A stretch of DNA of 62,769 nucleotides from an uncultured virus (IMG/VR IMGVR_UViG_3300028569_000012). Lineage: Duplodnaviria; Heunggongvirae; Uroviricota; Caudoviricetes. Position 1 is the stretch's first letter; every line of letters begins with the position of its first letter. The position numbers and the translations under genes were made by a program. This document shows positions 60,490-62,769 of the stretch, piece after piece. The stretch lies in IMG/VR virus record IMGVR_UViG_3300028569_000012; one strand, written 5' to 3'. A model generated the notes under the pieces. The model did not search any database. It had not been told where the DNA came from and was given only the letters and a program-made list of their open reading frames with translations.

Positions 60490-60508
60490 CTATTGAAATA
60501 TTTCATAG

Positions 60509-61810
60509 ATGGCCTGCACAGGAGAAAAAAAAACAGTTAAGAATATCTCTAACACAATTGCGGTGGTTAGTTATACGAGATATAGCGATGGGTTTGCAGT
60601 TTCAAATCAACAGATAAACCCCGGTGCTACGGCTAATTTATACTATCAAAAAGGGACATACAACACCGCAAACCCCAATCAATTACAAATCCTTAGTATA
60701 TCTGATTTACCTGACGGATGTAACACACCAACAGTCATCGTACCGATCAATACTTTAGTGTTGGAAAATTCAAATGTACAACCATTGGAATATGACTTGA
60801 CAACACCTGGAACTTGTACGGGAAAAAAACATACTATCCAAAACGTATCCACTGCAATTGCGGTGGTTAGTTACAATAAATTTGGTGACGGATTTTTTGT
60901 CGATGAACAACAAATATTACCGGGTGCAACTGTAAATCTGTATTATATTACTGGTACATTATACACTGCATATAGAAATCAACTTACCACAATTGCCATT
61001 GAGAATTTAGAATTTGGATGTGATTCGGCAACACCTACTCCTACACCTACGGCAACATCTACACCTGTAATTACCCCAAGTCAAACACCCACACCGACTT
61101 CTTCGATAACACCTACTCAAACACCCACACCGACTTCTTCGGTAACACCTACTCAAACACCCACAACTACGCCGACACCGACACCGACACCATCAGGGTT
61201 TATCGGAGCTAAAGCTTTGATATTCATCGAGTCGAGTGATGATGCTGTGGATCCTTCGGGAGATCCTAATACCGACATACTTGCATATATGGTTTCCAAT
61301 GGAGCAACAAATTGGTTTGGTTTCCAAACCAGTGGTGTCCCTAGTTTTCCAACCAACCTAAGTGATTTTATATTGTGGATGGATTGGAATGGATTTACAA
61401 ATGGTACACCAAACAATACAAATGGAACTTTAGAATCCATAATACCACAATCTACAGGTGGATTTGATTCCTTTGGTAATTTTGTTGAAGAATATAATTT
61501 TGTTACCACTTTGGTTCCATCAAATACTGTGACAGGTCAAGCATGGTATATAGTATTAGCTCCGATTAGCTTGACAGATAATCGTACCTATTCGACCATT
61601 AATATCAGTTACAATGATACACCCCAATCTCTAATATCTTATAATACTGAATCAAGTATTATAAATACAAATGTTGTTTACACAGGATCAAATTGGTTTA
61701 ACACCACCTATCGTGTTTACACGTCATCACAAAATAATGGATTCACCAATGGTGTCCAAGGACAAATAGATATAACAAATAATTTCCTCAAAGGAGGTAC
61801 CCTAAATTAA
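60509..61810 (+). CDS. Putative virion protein with duplicated 70-aa N-terminal domain and Thr-Pro linker
   Basis: CTG.K.T..N.S..IAVVSY....DGF.V..QQI.PGAT.NLYY..GT occurs twice; a 36-nt repeat lies near 61081-61165. Confidence 0.7.
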   Translation: MACTGEKKTVKNISNTIAVVSYTRYSDGFAVSNQQINPGATANLYYQKGTYNTANPNQLQILSISDLPDGCNTPTVIVPINTLVLENSNVQPLEYDLTTPGTCTGKKHTIQNVSTAIAVVSYNKFGDGFFVDEQQILPGATVNLYYITGTLYTAYRNQLTTIAIENLEFGCDSATPTPTPTATSTPVITPSQTPTPTSSITPTQTPTPTSSVTPTQTPTTTPTPTPTPSGFIGAKALIFIESSDDAVDPSGDPNTDILAYMVSNGATNWFGFQTSGVPSFPTNLSDFILWMDWNGFTNGTPNNTNGTLESIIPQSTGGFDSFGNFVEEYNFVTTLVPSNTVTGQAWYIVLAPISLTDNRTYSTINISYNDTPQSLISYNTESSIINTNVVYTGSNWFNTTYRVYTSSQNNGFTNGVQGQIDITNNFLKGGTLN

Positions 61811-61815
61811 AAAAA

Positions 61816-62769
61816 ATGAGCGTTCCATACAAAAATCCAATTTCAGGTTTATTTGTTTCTTCACCATCATCGGTAGAACCAAATCAAACTTTTGGTACAA
61901 ATTTCTCGACCTTACAGGTCGGAGGATACATGGAGGTATACTACCTCGCAGATCTAAATTATTCAACATTCGGTGGTGATGGAAATATTCAAAACTCAGG
62001 AAATACAATACCCTTAACTTATTTTGTTGGACAATCATCAGCAATATCCGATAGGATTACCCTTTATAATGATGCCATTTCTTCAGGAAGAAGAAAGTTA
62101 GGAATGTTGGTATATGTTCACGAAACAAACTCAACATATCAGTTACAGATTGACAATTATGATACATTATGGAATAATGCGGTTTCTGCTGGTGTTGTTA
62201 CTAGTGGTGATACATTTTTCTATGTAAATAATAAAATCAGTGGTGTAGTAAATGTTGCAGGCCAAGCATTTATTGACGCATGGTTAGATTCATCTATTGA
62301 AGGTGTAGGTGGAACCACAAGATTAGACGCCAGATGGAGAATTTTTTACGGAAGTGACGTTCAAATAACAGGAGGTACATTCGATGAAACGACAGCCACC
62401 TTGGAATTATTCAATTCAACAGGGGGAACAATCAGTGTATCCAATGTAGTTGGTGTTGAAATTACTGGAGGTACTTTTGATTCAGGAACTTCAACATTAT
62501 CACTTTTTAATTCTACTGGTGGAACAGTAAATATAACTGGAATTAGTGGCGGTGGTACCTCAGGAACTAGTGGTTCTTCGGGTACAAGTGGAAGTTCAGG
62601 TACTAGTGGAAGTTCAGGAACTAGCGGTTCTTCAGGAACAGACGGTACATCAGGAAGTAGTGGAAGTTCGGGTACTAACGGAACGTCAGGAACTAGCGGT
62701 TCTTCAGGAACAGACGGTACATCAGGAACTAGCGGTTCTTCAGGAACAGACGGTACATCAGGAACTAGC
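61816..62769 (+). CDS. Partial fibre-like protein with Gly-X-X (GTS/GSS) repeat; runs off the window end
   Basis: ATG 61816 (MSVPYKNPIS...) opens 318 codons to the window end; not in the supplied ORF track. Confidence 0.8.
   Translation, partial: MSVPYKNPISGLFVSSPSSVEPNQTFGTNFSTLQVGGYMEVYYLADLNYSTFGGDGNIQNSGNTIPLTYFVGQSSAISDRITLYNDAISSGRRKLGMLVYVHETNSTYQLQIDNYDTLWNNAVSAGVVTSGDTFFYVNNKISGVVNVAGQAFIDAWLDSSIEGVGGTTRLDARWRIFYGSDVQITGGTFDETTATLELFNSTGGTISVSNVVGVEITGGTFDSGTSTLSLFNSTGGTVNITGISGGGTSGTSGSSGTSGSSGTSGSSGTSGSSGTDGTSGSSGSSGTNGTSGTSGSSGTDGTSGTSGSSGTDGTSGTS
62554..62769 (+). repeat. Gly-X-X coding repeat (24 triplets visible)
   Basis: The exact 36-mer ggaactagcggttcttcaggaacagacggtacatca occurs at 62617, 62689 and 62725. 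Confidence 0.9.

Noticed and set aside
58923..62769. Repeat tracts as CRISPR arrays or DGR template/variable repeats
   Set aside because: The units are contiguous, in frame and vary at synonymous sites. There are no unique spacers, and no cas or reverse transcriptase gene is present in the window.
1..62769. Stop-codon reassignment as seen in some large phages
   Set aside because: Long genes are intact in code 11, and TAG (2357, 5723, 40577) and TGA (17800, 33508) end genes at plausible positions.

Overview
This AT-rich 62.8 kb window is part of a large contractile-tailed (T4-like/jumbo myovirus-type) dsDNA phage genome, read in the standard genetic code. The host is probably a Bacteroidota/Flavobacteria member, inferred from the lack of Shine-Dalgarno sites, A-rich leaders, an NrdAi/NrdBi-type ribonucleotide reductase (RNR) and SprB-like repeats. 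Three kinds of module are interleaved. Replication/recombination: family B DNA polymerase, SNF2 helicase, gp32-like SSB, UvsX/RecA, 5'-3' exonuclease, DnaB/gp41 helicase and the RNR pair. Neck/tail/baseplate: gp13/14/15-like proteins, sheath, tube, chaperone, tape measure, tube initiator, hub, and gp25, gp6 and gpI-like proteins. Finally, a run of very large putative virion appendage proteins with SprB-like, Cys-rich, mucin-like Thr-Pro and Gly-X-X repeats. No capsid, portal, terminase, primase, tRNA, CRISPR or mobile element is evident. Top observations: (1) a start-less ORF in the +1 frame behind a TTT TTT CGG site between chaperone and tape measure, a probable programmed frameshift; (2) a TATTTAT(A) motif, the reverse complement of the T4 late promoter, in sense orientation before about 16 mostly structural genes; (3) a superoxide dismutase (SOD) fused to a PD-(D/E)xK-like domain; (4) an ATP-cone on the RNR beta subunit; (5) OmpA-like and multi-transmembrane segments inside giant baseplate proteins. 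All calls rest on motif recognition by eye; no searches were run.
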